Assembly (NCBI RefSeq): GCF_002113885.1
Contig: NW_018405252.1
Location: 187,992-251,991 of the forward strand
Direction of reading: 5' to 3'
DNA length: 64,000 bases
Origin: Mizuhopecten yessoensis
Taxonomy: Eukaryota
Of the stretch, positions 13,201 through 24,954 are shown piece by piece; position 1 is the first letter of the stretch; each line of letters starts with the position of its first letter. The notes beneath the pieces are model-generated. The model saw only the letters and a list, made by a program, of their open reading frames with translations. It did no database searches and was not told where the DNA came from. Made by a program: the position numbers and the translations under genes.

Positions 13201-13248
13201 AAGTAAATCTTTAGAAATCTCCAATGTTTATAACTGGTTCTTTTTCAG

Positions 13249-13347
13249 TTCTAAAGAAATACTGAAAGCCTTTCAAAACCACAAAATGATCACAGTGACC
13301 AAGTACAACAAATGGAAACACTCCCCCGTAATCAGGAGATATCTCTG
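13249..13347 (+). CDS. PNLDC1: PNLDC1-like exon (SKEILKAFQNHKMITVTKYNKWKHSPVIRRYLW)
   Basis: tttttcag acceptor, phase 2-2; YxxWxHSP motif as recalled from the PNLDC1 C-terminus; donor gtgtgt is weak. Confidence 0.85.
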
Positions 13348-13544
13348 GTGTGTATAACGACTTACTGACATAATCACTGGTAAATTCATTATTGGAAATA
13401 TAAGCCCTGAAATTAGAGGCAGTCTTCAAAATTTATACTTGATGTAGCATCTTGTGTAGACTGTAATACATTGATTTAAGTGGTATATAAAACTATATAA
13501 GGTTTAGTTACAAGAGCTTCAACTCAACAGTTTATACATGTACT

Positions 13545-13930
13545 GGTAATAGGTATATTGTATTTGGTATAATTTGTTGTATCGCAGTATAAAGTTAGAC
13601 AGTGTATAATAGGTATATTGTATTTGGTATAATTTTTTGTATCGCAGTATAAAGTTAAACAGTGTATAATTGGGATATTGTATTTGGTATAATTTTTTGT
13701 ATCGCAGTATAAAGTTAAACAGTGTATAATTTGTATATTGTATTTGGTATAATTTTTTGTATCGCAGTATAAAGTTAAACAGTGTATAATAGGTATATTG
13801 TATTTGGTATAATTGGTTGTATCACAGTATTAAGTTAAACAGTGTATAATTGGTATATTGTATTTGGTATAATTTGTTGTATCACAGTATAAAGTTAAAC
13901 AGTGTATAATTGGTATATTGTATTTGGTGT
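13545..13930. repeat. 60-bp minisatellite (~6.5 copies) in the last PNLDC1 intron
   Basis: 60-nt periodicity directly visible. Confidence 0.95.
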
Positions 13931-14007
13931 GATGTTTTGTTATGTGTTAGGTGTATAGTAGAGTTTATAGCTACAATAAATAGATTTACCCTGTTGACTT
14001 TCTTCAG

Positions 14008-14074
14008 GGCCGGAGCCATCCTGTCAGGTGGAGCTTGTGTACTGGCTTTATTATCCAGTCGTAAGAAGGATTGA
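14008..14074 (+). CDS. PNLDC1: PNLDC1-like terminal coding exon with hydrophobic tail anchor (AGAILSGGACVLALLSSRKKD*)
   Basis: tttcttcag acceptor; hydrophobic segment followed by basic residues and TGA; a C-terminal TM segment distinguishes PNLDC1 from PARN/TOE1. Confidence 0.85.
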
Positions 14075-14139
14075 GGATTGTCGGAACAGCTTGACAATTA
14101 CCAACTTCCAGAGACCGTCCTACATATCGAACCGGGCCT

Positions 14140-14272
14140 ATGATTAGTAGGAGAAATATGAACAAGTCCTACATAACCAACCCGGTCTTTGATTAGAAGG
14201 AGAAATATGAACAAGTCCTACATAACCAACCCGGTCTTTGATTAGAAGGAGAAATATGAACAAGTCCTACAT
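14140..14272. repeat. ~50-bp tandem repeat (~2.6 copies) in the PNLDC1 3' UTR
   Basis: tgattagaaggagaaatatgaacaagtcctacat repeated three times. Confidence 0.85.
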
Positions 14273-15734
14273 TGCGGATGGGCTGACCAGTTGTAGGCAA
14301 AACATTCAGATCCTACACAAAGAACGGGGCGTAGGATTTGTAAGAGATACATGAACAGTTCCTCCATATGGTTTGGGCTTGTCATTTGTACGAGACACAT
14401 TCAGATCCTTCTGAATGTGTCTATAATCTTTGTAAGAGAAACAGATACACATTTTTAAGAACAAGGCCTACCTATGGTTATTACAGGAGGTACAGATCCT
14501 ATGTGAGGGACAATCACATGGATATGATTTGTAGAGACACATACAGACCCCCTACTTAAGGGACAGGCCTCTGATATTTGGAGGGGAATTATATACAAAT
14601 CTTACATATAAAGGAACAATGACTTGGATGTATGTTATAACACACACTGATAACTGACAGTGCTGTTGTCCTTTTTTATTTTGGTTAGTGAACTGCCATT
14701 GAAGTTTGGTTTGTTTTATACTTCTAATTATTTCATATTTTATATCATAAAAAATCTTATTTGTCACTTAAAAGAACATCTTCAGAGGCGCCCCTGTCAT
14801 TCCTCATTTCATTGCAATCTACAGATATGGTGTAACAGTGGAGTAGATAATTGTGTAATATGTTACCTTGACACTTAACCAGATGACCTTGACATGCTGA
14901 ACTTGTTTGTGTAGAGGTCAGAATGTTAACCTTTATGTTAGCTTTCAAGTGGAGGTTAATATATGTTTAACATGTAGGACATTTATAGTTGATTATTAGT
15001 CCTACATTAAGATTTTAAGTCACATCTAATTACCTAGGTATTAGGGTTAACATTGAAGTACAACCTAGGAGTAGGATGCTAGGCATTTGAATTTGATTGG
15101 TCATGCCACTAAGCATCATGACCCTGTGACATGTAACTGAGGTAATACCAGTTCCTGCTATGTCCTGTGTACCAGACACCAAAGACTGTTAGGTTGGATT
15201 TCACTATGGTCAAGCTTTTAGGATAATGAATTGAGCTAGTCTTGAAGCAAAATGCAAGCCTTGTAGTTCAATAAAATATATTCAAATATTGAAAACAAGC
15301 CTTATACTTTCATTAAACATATTCAAATATTGTGAAATATTGAATTGTACTAGAAACAATTTGAAGATGTTTGACAATGTCAATGTCAGCACAAACAGTG
15401 ACTGTGATATAATTTCCTATTGTTGACATGATGTTATTTCATTGATGACTGCTGGTATCACCGAGGGTTACCCAACATAAACCAATGTGCAATGGATTAC
15501 AATTGGTAGGACCATTGAAGTGAGGCGGACCCAATACCATTGTATCTTAAGATAAGTGGTGCAGATGTTTTCAGTAAAGGCAAAGAATCTAAATCAGTTC
15601 AGCACCCATGTTCTATATATATCAAAATGGTGGTTAATAGTAAAAACAAATCAAATGTGGGCCCTGGTGAACTGTGCTGTTTCTAGGTCTGCATTTCTTG
15701 AATGCACATGTACATTTTCAAGGTTAAGAAGACC

Positions 15735-15823
15735 TAACCCTTTCACCACTATAGACCATAATGGACTCATCCATATCAATGCATGGTAGAGTCTACTAAA
15801 ATTACATAGGGGTGAAAGGATTA
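15735..15823. mobile_element. short MITE with 18-bp imperfect TIR
   Basis: taaccctttcaccactat ... ataggggtgaaaggatta; TIR related to the 17632 family. Confidence 0.65.
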
Positions 15824-16084
15824 GACTCAGGAAAATAATGCTGTGTTGAATATGATTGTGATATCAACTGATAAACTTGTGCTGAAAATTGTTTATTGGA
15901 GATAATAAAGATGTTTAATTGATTAAGTGATGTCAGAATGAGTCTTTGTAGTCCATGTTTTATCACACTTACGACTTAAGTTTCCATACCTGCCAGCATC
16001 GTGGTATAGAACTTTGTTCAGGGGAGGTGTTAAACCACTTGCCCTATTATAACAAGTAGAAACTAAAATTGCATCAGATCTTAT

Positions 16085-16280
16085 TATATTCCGTCTTTGC
16101 GTATTGCAGAGTTATCTTCTCTTGTGAGCAGGTATTGAATGTTACCTCATTGGTTTGTGTGAGAAAATTAGTCCTTTTCTCAAAATTGATGACGTTACTC
16201 TCACAAACAAATAGCATAACAATCAATACCTGCTCACAAGAGCAGATAACTCTGCAATACGAAAAAAGCAGAAATTATAT
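16085..16280. mobile_element. foldback MITE
   Basis: 39-bp near-perfect inverted repeat 16100-16138 / 16223-16261 with further imperfect pairing. Confidence 0.85.
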
Positions 16281-17631
16281 CTTATATGTTAATTCCACCA
16301 TTTCCTCATGTAAACATATTTTATTAGCAAAAATCACAAAAGGGATTTGACACTTAAAGTTCATCTTCTCCCTGGCAGCTGGGTTGTTGCCTTGTCCCTA
16401 AATGAAACCAAAAACAAACAAAACAATCATTCCTTATACTTGTAAACCATCTGTCAAACAGGATATGACAGTCGGACATGAATTTGTAAAGAGACAATGG
16501 AGATAATACCCAGAGAAAGTGGGTCAGTTCTTAAGTATGACATTATGATGCTTCGACCAAGAGAGCGCATCTATCCAAGTCCTGTGAACAGGATCCTATC
16601 CTTATGTAGCTTTAAGATAATATCTAAAATATGTGTTCCCTCTGAAAAGCTACACTATCAACAACAAAACTATAGGGGTTTTGACATCTTTGGAGGACAA
16701 CCTTTATTTGCTATGCTAACGATTGAAGAAACTTGGTTTAGATAAGGACAAGTGAAAAATCTACCGACCTGTGCCGAACATATGCATGAGAGACACAAGC
16801 ACCATCATCGTACCAACAGACCCAAAACTGTGACATGTACACCCTTATATCTAGCTACATACTCACATTTCCCCCTTCACCATTACTCAATGGAACCTCT
16901 TACCGGTAGCAGCAGTACAAACCACAACGCTCGACTACAAGGACTAGGATTACAAGGCTCATATTTTTTACACAGCCCTTGAAGATCTCACACTCTTATC
17001 ATTAATACACCTATATGTTTACCCTCTTTCATCTAAACTACTATAAAACTAATCAAAAAGGACATCACTGTACATTTATTTCACGCAATGTTGTTAACCA
17101 AACAGTATTGGAATAATCGTCAAGACTGATGGCACCAATAAATCATAGAAGAAATTGTGTTTCGTGTTCGAAAGCCCAAACTTAGTTGCAAAGAGACTTT
17201 AGAAACACCCTGCAGACAATATTCTCCCGTATAACCTACAATCTGATTACTGTTTATGCCAGCACTTTCTGTCGACATAAGTTCCTGGATTCAGTCCAAT
17301 GTGACGGAAAGAAAGCACAAGTGGCAGTATACATAGGCAATGCTGTCTCTGATGACCAAGCTCTTGACTTCGTTCGAAACAAAATGGAGACATCTTTAGC
17401 AGATACCAAAGTGCACGTGGTCATCGGTCCTCTAAATGACTTTGATTTTAGTCTTATTTTGATTGGGACCTTGCTTGTTATCCAACAGTTTTTGAATGAG
17501 TTCCAAATTGTTAAAATTGAACCCCGACTTACAGAGCAGAGCTAGTGTTAATCCTGAATACCCGAAAAGAAGATACTGTATATTGTCATAAAGACTCGAT
17601 CTGCCTTTTGTGAGGAATACGTGTGTCTTCT

Positions 17632-17722
17632 TCAACTCGTTCACCCCTGGAATTTCATAATGAACTATTCCAACCTTTGAATGGGAAGAACTCAAATGTG
17701 TCTTAAGGGGTGAAGGAGTTAA
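17632..17722. mobile_element. short MITE with ~17-bp TIR
   Basis: tcaactcgttcacccct ... aggggtgaaggagttaa; second copy at 1-74. Confidence 0.75.
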
Positions 17723-17795
17723 TAATTCCCGTACAATTAAAAAAGGTACATCAGTTGCTAAATTCGTGTTACTTCCTAGTCAGGGTAGCGGCTGC

Positions 17796-18460
17796 TGCTT
17801 CCGTCAGTTTCTGACCAAAGACGCCTACAGGACACTGATCCATGCATTTGTTACACATAATGACATTGACTCTTTTTTACAAATTGCCAAACGTACAACG
17901 CATAAATACTAACGTTGACTTTCTTAATAATACTAATATAATCCGAGGTTCTTCTTTACCGCTACATCACAACATAGTCCGTAGATCGTCTCAAAGCGAT
18001 TCACAAATTATTATCCGTGGTTATAGGGCCTTTGCAACCAGCCAATATCGTTCTCAACTCCCTGGGGAGCATACAGTCGGTGCCGCTCACAGCTAGCATT
18101 CTACAATTCTAGCACTGCCCGACAACCCCCGGCGTCCTACCACTAGACTATAACGTGCCTCCACGGAGTGGGTGCTTCCGTCAGTTTCTGACCAAAGACG
18201 CCTATAGGACACTGATCCATGCATTTGTTACACATAATGACATTGACTCTTTTTTACAAATTGCCAAACGTACAACGCATAAATACTAACGTTGACTTTA
18301 TTAATAATACTAATATAATCCGAGGTTCTTCTTTACCGCTACATCACAACATAGTCCGTAGATCTTCTCAAAGCGGTTCACAAATTATTATCCGTGGTTA
18401 TAGGGCCTTTGCACCCAGCCAATATCGTTCTCAACTCCCTGGGGAGCATACAGTCGGTGC
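17796..18460 (+). repeat. 288-bp direct duplication (17796-18083 / 18173-18460) beginning with an L2-like ORF2 fragment
   Basis: near-identical copies offset by 377; translates FRQFLTKDAYRTLIHAFVT, like the post-RT region of L2-clade LINEs. Confidence 0.8.
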
Positions 18461-18489
18461 TGCCATTTCGTTATCTCTTGAAAATGTAT

Positions 18490-18625
18490 ACCAAACATGA
18501 AAAAGAACAATCTCACACATCGTGTAGTAAAAGCCTGGAATGAACAACCAGAGGGTGTTGGAGTGTTCTCTATCGATGAACTGTATATAAACCGGTTACA
18601 TACGCGCTGGGAAATTCATTTGTAA
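18490..18625 (+). mobile_element. CR1-like LINE ORF2 C-terminal remnant
   Basis: translates KNNLTHRVVKAWNEQPEGV...NRLHTRW, resembling CR1 RVVxxWNxLP...KNRLD. Confidence 0.6.
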
Positions 18626-19352
18626 GAGCATCGAGTGCTTTCGTAATGCATCGTTATATTTGTGGTTGTGTGGTGTATAGGATTCGTATCCTTTATCAGC
18701 AATATATCACAATGATGGTGCTATTGGTGGTCGTGTGGATAGAGCGTATCCGATCGGACGTGAAAAGATATTGGCCACCTGCCCGATCACGTGGGGACGA
18801 ATCAAGCAAACTAGTGACATTACCCAGTTCATCATATGTCAGCTTCATTGGCAAATAGATCATACAATATCAAGACTTTGAGTTAGAGTTAAGACCGTGA
18901 AATCCAAGGCATAGATGTATCAACATGAGATCAACTTATACTTACTTGGCTTTTGATCTTGTACATTATATAAGTAGCCACAGCGAAGAAACAAAGAAAT
19001 CAAAGGTACAAATTACCAACATTAACTCATCCTTGACTGACTTTGCCTTTGATCTTGTATGAAGTAACCATAACAACGGTAGAGGCTATGTCGAGAGAAG
19101 AAGATCAACAGGTCCAAGTGCAGATGCATTGGATATAATACCAAGAATTCACAAGCGTGTGTCTTTGCAGCAAGTCTGCCAAACTTCAGCCTCCAAGATC
19201 ATGATTTTGTCGCGAAAGAAGAAATATCAAGGACCTCGAGGAACTTCAAACACAAGAGGAAATTGTGAGCTAGTAATGCAGATACCAGATGTAGTGAGTT
19301 AGTAGACTAAGACACCTGACATCGTTGGACATGTGTGGCGGTCAGACAGGGA

Positions 19353-20010
19353 CTAGGGTTACGCTCACTTGCATACGGTATATTCACCCCTGAAATATCC
19401 CACAATGCTCCAGGGTTTATGTTCACTTCCCGCTATCCCTTGAATATGTCATAGCAAAATTGAAGGCACGCAGCTAGCCATTTGATTGGTCTCGTGTAAA
19501 AACACATGACCGATCGCTAGGCTAATGCCTGTCCTTTGAAGATGACAGAGGAGTGACGCCCGACTTAAAAGCCAATACATTTTACCGTTACGCGACCGAC
19601 AGATTCTTTTGATGTACATCAAAGGACCAAGCTATAATATTCTCGTCTTATCCACTGATGCACACGAAGCCTTCGATTTTGCCATGACATTACATATGCA
19701 AGGGATGCAGAGAGCGAAAAGGTGAGCCTAACCTTAGCAGTATCGCGGATGCCCTGAAATATGTTATAGCAAAGCTGAAGGCTGAAGTTATTTGATTGGT
19801 TTCAGGTGAAATAAACTGACCAATCACTATGCAGATATACCTGACCCTTGAAGATTACAAAAGAGCGACACCCGACTTAAAAGCCTGTCAATTTTATACT
19901 CATACGTTACCTCGCGATTCTTTTGATATATTAAAGGATCAAACTAGTCTACTTGTATCAGATCTACAAGGTGGCGCTTACGGAGCCTTCGATTTCGTCA
20001 TGACATCTTC
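19353..20010. mobile_element. MITE with ~70-bp imperfect TIRs (19353-19737) plus a tandem truncated copy (19745-20010)
   Basis: left ctagggttacgctcac vs right gtgagcctaaccttag; atgtcatagcaaaattgaaggc vs gccttcgattttgccatgacat. Confidence 0.75.
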
Positions 20011-20014
20011 CTGT

Positions 20015-20460
20015 TGCTAAGTTAGCCAGCTGTACTGTTGCCTGGTGCTGTCACTAGTCTCTCGACTTTTCTTCCTTCTGTATCTTTTCCCTTGGACATA
20101 TCCTACTATATACTCCACAAAGGTGTCTTTGATGGTACCGACGTCTGATCTTGGCGTTTATCTTTGCCTCCTCATTTTTTTATTTTTGCTTTCCCGACGA
20201 AGCAGAAGCAATTTCCTATAATACCTATAATACTTCTATCATGGTACCCATCACATGTTTTCCATTTCCTAAATGTTTTGACTTTCAACGTCCTGAACCT
20301 CCCTCAATGGCTCGTGCTTTCCGAAGAAGAAGCACTTGCCACCTTGAACTCTTCTGTCAGTTACTTCTTGTCAATGTCAGTTGCAGCTTCGTGTCTTCAT
20401 CATGCAGTCCGTTGTCTGATGAGTGAAGCTCCTTCATTGTCATACCCGTCTATCAGCATA
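20015..20460 (-). mobile_element. degraded HERO/R2-group non-LTR retrotransposon fragment
   Basis: minus-strand frames give, in order, TKLQLTL / LTEEFKVA / VKTFRKWK / RQQYSWL, with frameshifts; recognised from memory of this family. Confidence 0.55.
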
Positions 20461-21104
20461 TACACATACTGTAGGCCGCCCTCTCTATTTCCTTTACTAC
20501 CTCTACTGCCATCTTGACGTCTGCCACCTTAACCGCCATGGTAGCTACTTAATTACATCCTGTGATCCCTAATTATATCAGTATGGTATGTCAGAATGTA
20601 TCGATAATGTCTAGTAGACGCTTATAGCTTGTTAATTACTTCCTTTAAATTTGTCTAAAAAGAGATCACGTGTCACATAAATTATATTGTCTAACGAACC
20701 TGCGTTTTTTTCGAAATTTATTGGTAATTTTGTAGAATTTCGATACATTAGGAGATGATTTCATTAAAGTTAAAAGGGATCAGGGTATATTATTATATAT
20801 ATATACCATAGAAACACCGGTGTGTGCATGGTTGTATTTTACACCGACCAAGTTCAAGTTGCAACGAACCTCTGTGCACTTGAGCCTTACATCGTGATTT
20901 CTATCAAAACATCGAAGGGTGTTCTCTTTCCAAAGTCAAGTGTTGTCTTCAAATATACTAAAGAACTTATATAGACAGAAATTCCAGCCAAGAAAATGAA
21001 TACACACTATCGCAGTAAATAAATATATTCTACAGAAAACAGATTTCAAACAGGTGCGCCAGACTTATCCACTAAGAGTTACTTCCCTTCGCTTATTTTT
21101 TTAT

Positions 21105-21114
21105 TCTCGCGAGA
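21105..21114. promoter_or_regulatory. TCTCGCGAGA palindrome (CGCG element, BANP-type motif) in the USP32 promoter
   Basis: perfect 10-bp palindrome about 110 bp upstream of the ATG, in a locally CpG-richer patch; known housekeeping-promoter motif. Confidence 0.6.
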
Positions 21115-21223
21115 TATCGGTTGTGTCGCGTGATGTATCATGGATGACAAGGAAGAGGATATATCGCCTCTCGACATGTCATAACTAAATGTTTCGTGGA
21201 AATTAATACCAAATCAAGGCGAA

Positions 21224-21281
21224 ATGGGTGGAAAGGAGTCCAAGTTGTCGTACATCCCGTACGAGGATGTTATGAAACGAA
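21224..21281 (+). CDS. USP32: USP32 coding exon 1 (MGGKESKLSYIPYEDVMKR)
   Basis: aaATGG start, A|gtaagc donor; resembles the USP32 N-terminus MGAKES.. Confidence 0.9.
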
Positions 21282-24200
21282 GTAAGCAATGCAATCATAG
21301 ATTTTTGAAAGAATTATTAGCGATTGATCCATTTGTGCATTTGTAAACACTGCAAAAACGGTGACAGATAGTCCGTAGTTGACCAGCATATTTCTTTCGA
21401 TGATTGTCAAATTGCAGATCCATTTATGATGTGTTTAGTCAGTACATCTATAAGTGATTAACACAAGTTGAATGCAATTTAATTTCTTATGCATTAGGTC
21501 ACATTATGCAATATATATTGAACTCGGTATGTTACTAATTATGTTAATATACATGTGCAATATCTATTTAAACTGCTATGTCAAAATCGGGGTCACAAGA
21601 TACCGATTGTTTACACTCTGTTGTTTTCGATTCATATCCTTAATTCTGAAACACAAGCTGTGGTTATCAAATAATGTCTTCTCGTGTACGTGTGTATACG
21701 TATTTAGAAATGGCGACACCTGTATTTCTTAATTGTAAACAGTAATTACACAATATCAGGATCCAGATGACAATGTTTGAATGGCTTAGCACTGTCAGAG
21801 ATAAAACCATCAAGATTTATCACTGCTACAATTTTTTGGTTTCTTAGTTACACAGGTGTAGTTTGTATTGCTTTATTTAAATCAGTGACGGGAATTGAAG
21901 GGTAGGTGAAATAGACTGTCTTACGCATACAGCTTAAAAATAATGAAATAAAATATATTTATCCATGTCTATTGGAATAGTTTAAAAATAAAGAGAGATA
22001 TGATATTGCTTTTCTTTTGAAATTTCATCCTTGAATAAAAGCAATCAGTGATAACACGGGTATAAAACTAATCACAATCATATACAATCAAATGTATATC
22101 ATGGCTATCAACAAGAATCAGCTGGATGGCTCCAGGTTTAGTTATATGTTTGATTCGTGAGCATAATAATCTGTCTAGAGAGGATCTGACCATATCAGAG
22201 CGTACTGCTCCGACGACATGGTGTACATGTCAGGAATGTCCATGGCCAATCAAAAACAAAATAATAATTATAATTTAAGATTGAGTGTACATATTTATAT
22301 ATATATTCATTCAATGTCACTACATGTACACTGAGATATGACAGCACCAGTATTATGTGATGTGGCATGGTCTTAAGCTGGCATAAGTCTTATTGAAATA
22401 TTTTAAGATTGCATTATACAAATTCTTTGGTCCAAAACATAATTTAATATCATGATGATAGAGGTTTGTTTTAGTTTTATTCAGTTTAAAAATATCTACT
22501 AATTACGGTACTGCTGCACATAACATTAAAACATACGTAATATAACAAAGTGTTTTGGTATAATACAAAAACAGAAAATGTATCAGTATTTACCATAATA
22601 AACATTGATGATCAAATCTCCATAATTATGTGAAATTGACCTTTGCTCATGTTTGGCATGCTAATAAAGTACTTTACTGGTTTTGATATTACATAAAAAT
22701 GAATTTGTAGACAGAATATATATATGGCAAGTTTCTAAGAAAAGTTTTAAATATAGACTACCATTAGTTGTAGCTATATATAGGCAAGTTGACAATGTTG
22801 GTTATGTTTTAAATTTTGTGAACTTTTTGCATGTTTTTCTAATTGAAAGTGTCACTTCGCTTACTTCATGTATACCAATATGACATATTTAGTATCAAAA
22901 TAACAGTAATTCTATATACTGTACACTATCATAATTCATTTTCAAAATAACATTCGCCTGTGACATTTATCTGTCATTTTGTTAGGATACCCCCACTACG
23001 GTTATCAGTAGTAATTATGAATAATCATTTATGCAGCTATTGATCATTTTTGTGTATCTACATATGGTAAAAGAATAAAAGAAATCAAAGTGGGGGCCAA
23101 ATGTTGACCCCACCTTTAAACTTTGACATAATTGTTTTAGTGTCCAATTGTCGTTTATTGCTTGACAAAAATGTTAACCAGGTACATGCTGTAACCTTGC
23201 GATTGCACTGTTTTCAGAAAACTTAAATACCAATTTATGAGAAAAATAAATCTGCAATCTTCATATCCCAAGAAATTTGTTAAAAATGTTGAGATTCAGA
23301 ATTTCTTTAGTAAGAAATGATTTACGATCAAAATTGGCATTATTGGTCCATGTGGTAATGATAAAAGATGGTCTCCGAAAAACAGCCTCACTTGAAGTAC
23401 ATGTGTCCCGCGTTGGGACAGTAATACCAGTGGAATCAATATTCTCCTTCGGGATACAAATGTTGCTTAGCTAGGTAAAGGTCTTTCACTTGTTTTAGAC
23501 AGAAATCTGTTTCACCAGCAAACACTTGAATAGTTTTTTTGGGGGGATTCATCCCAATCAAGTAATTTACAACAAAATCCTTGAATCACAAGTGACATGA
23601 TCAAGGAGTATTTTAAAATAAGTTGTGTATAAAAAATAAGTCCAGAGCTAGACCTGAGTGATTTCACAAACATTTTAACCTTTGAGAATATATAGTATTG
23701 ATATATTTTTGTTTCCATTGTTTCAAGAAACTTATCAAATTAGATATCATCTTGTATGTTAACTTTAAGAATAAATCACACATTGACCTTTATTATGAGC
23801 ACTTCACATGGCCAGCATTTAGAGTACTGTCTGGTTCAGATACTGGTACTCAATTTCTTATGAAACTTTGGCAAATGGAATCAAGCTGTGGAGCCTTCCT
23901 CATTGATTTCCATCAAGTTAAAGGGTACTGCTGCATCAGTAAATGTAATACAATCAGGAAGGAGAATCCTCTTCAGAGCAATATTTAGAAGATAAAACAA
24001 CAGAAAACATGATTTTCTGTCTTTGAGTTATTTCCCTTCTCATGATTTTAATCTCTCATTTTGATGCTATGTATTATTATTCCGAGATAGAAAGATTGGT
24101 TACGTATATAAACTGGCAGTGGAAACCATTGTACCTGTAGGCAAAGAGTACACACTGCAGTATTGGTTTAGTTATAATTTCAAATATACAGATACTGTAT

Positions 24201-24753
24201 ATATTGAATAACAACAATTCTGTAAAATGCATTACAAGAATATAATTAAAACTTCTCTGGAAAATGACTTATCATAAATATTTCATTGGTGCACATGGGT
24301 TATATTATGACATTTACTTTGATTTATATGTAAATACAAATTAAACAGGTTAGAGAGGTAATTTAGATAATGATATATTATGGATATTATATATATATAC
24401 ATGCATAGAATGTATAATATGCATAAGTTTAAGCCCATTTAGACAGGTGTTGTTTGGCCCTAAATTTAAATGCCTCAACAAATAGTCGGCGGGCCGTAAA
24501 AAAATACAAAAACAAAACAAACCTTCATTTATATATTTAGCTGTTAGATAAAACCTGGACAAAAATACACTAGATTATAGTTAGGTACAGTTGTCTTTTT
24601 ATTGTCCTTTTAGGGACAATGTATTGAATTATTGTGTACTTAAAACATATATGTTTACTAGCAGTTTAGGAATATGAAGACCAATACAGTATAAACTTGT
24701 ATATATATGTATATATGATAAAAAGGGATTGAATGTCCATGTGAAGGAAGTAA

Positions 24754-24873
24754 ATATAGAAAAAATCAGATTAACGACCAACTAAAAAACTAGCTGCTTT
24801 CACCCTTCACAGAGCCGTGAAGGGTGAAAGCAGCTAGTTTTTTAGTTGGTCGTTAATCTGATTTTTTCTATAT
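24754..24873. repeat. perfect 57-bp inverted repeat with 6-nt loop (foldback MITE)
   Basis: arms 24754-24810 and 24817-24873 are exact reverse complements. Confidence 0.92.
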
Positions 24874-24954
24874 GTATATATGTATAGGAAGGTAAAAGGA
24901 GGTTTACAGGAGTGTTAAAAGGCCAATTAGGAGTAAGGTTATTAGGGCTTACTG

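Noticed and set aside
13545-13985. 60-bp array as another splice-junction array, or an exon at ~13951
   Set aside because: Array ends about 75 nt before the real acceptor (14007) and does not contain it; the 13951 frame stops early and lacks the TM tail
424-14074. Calling the nuclease PARN or TOE1
   Set aside because: Short C-terminus with WKHSP and a hydrophobic tail anchor fits PNLDC1; TOE1 lacks this RRM-like region and PARN has a long soluble tail
17345-17395. Hammerhead-like CTGATGA...GAAA
   Set aside because: No valid UH cleavage site or stem II closure
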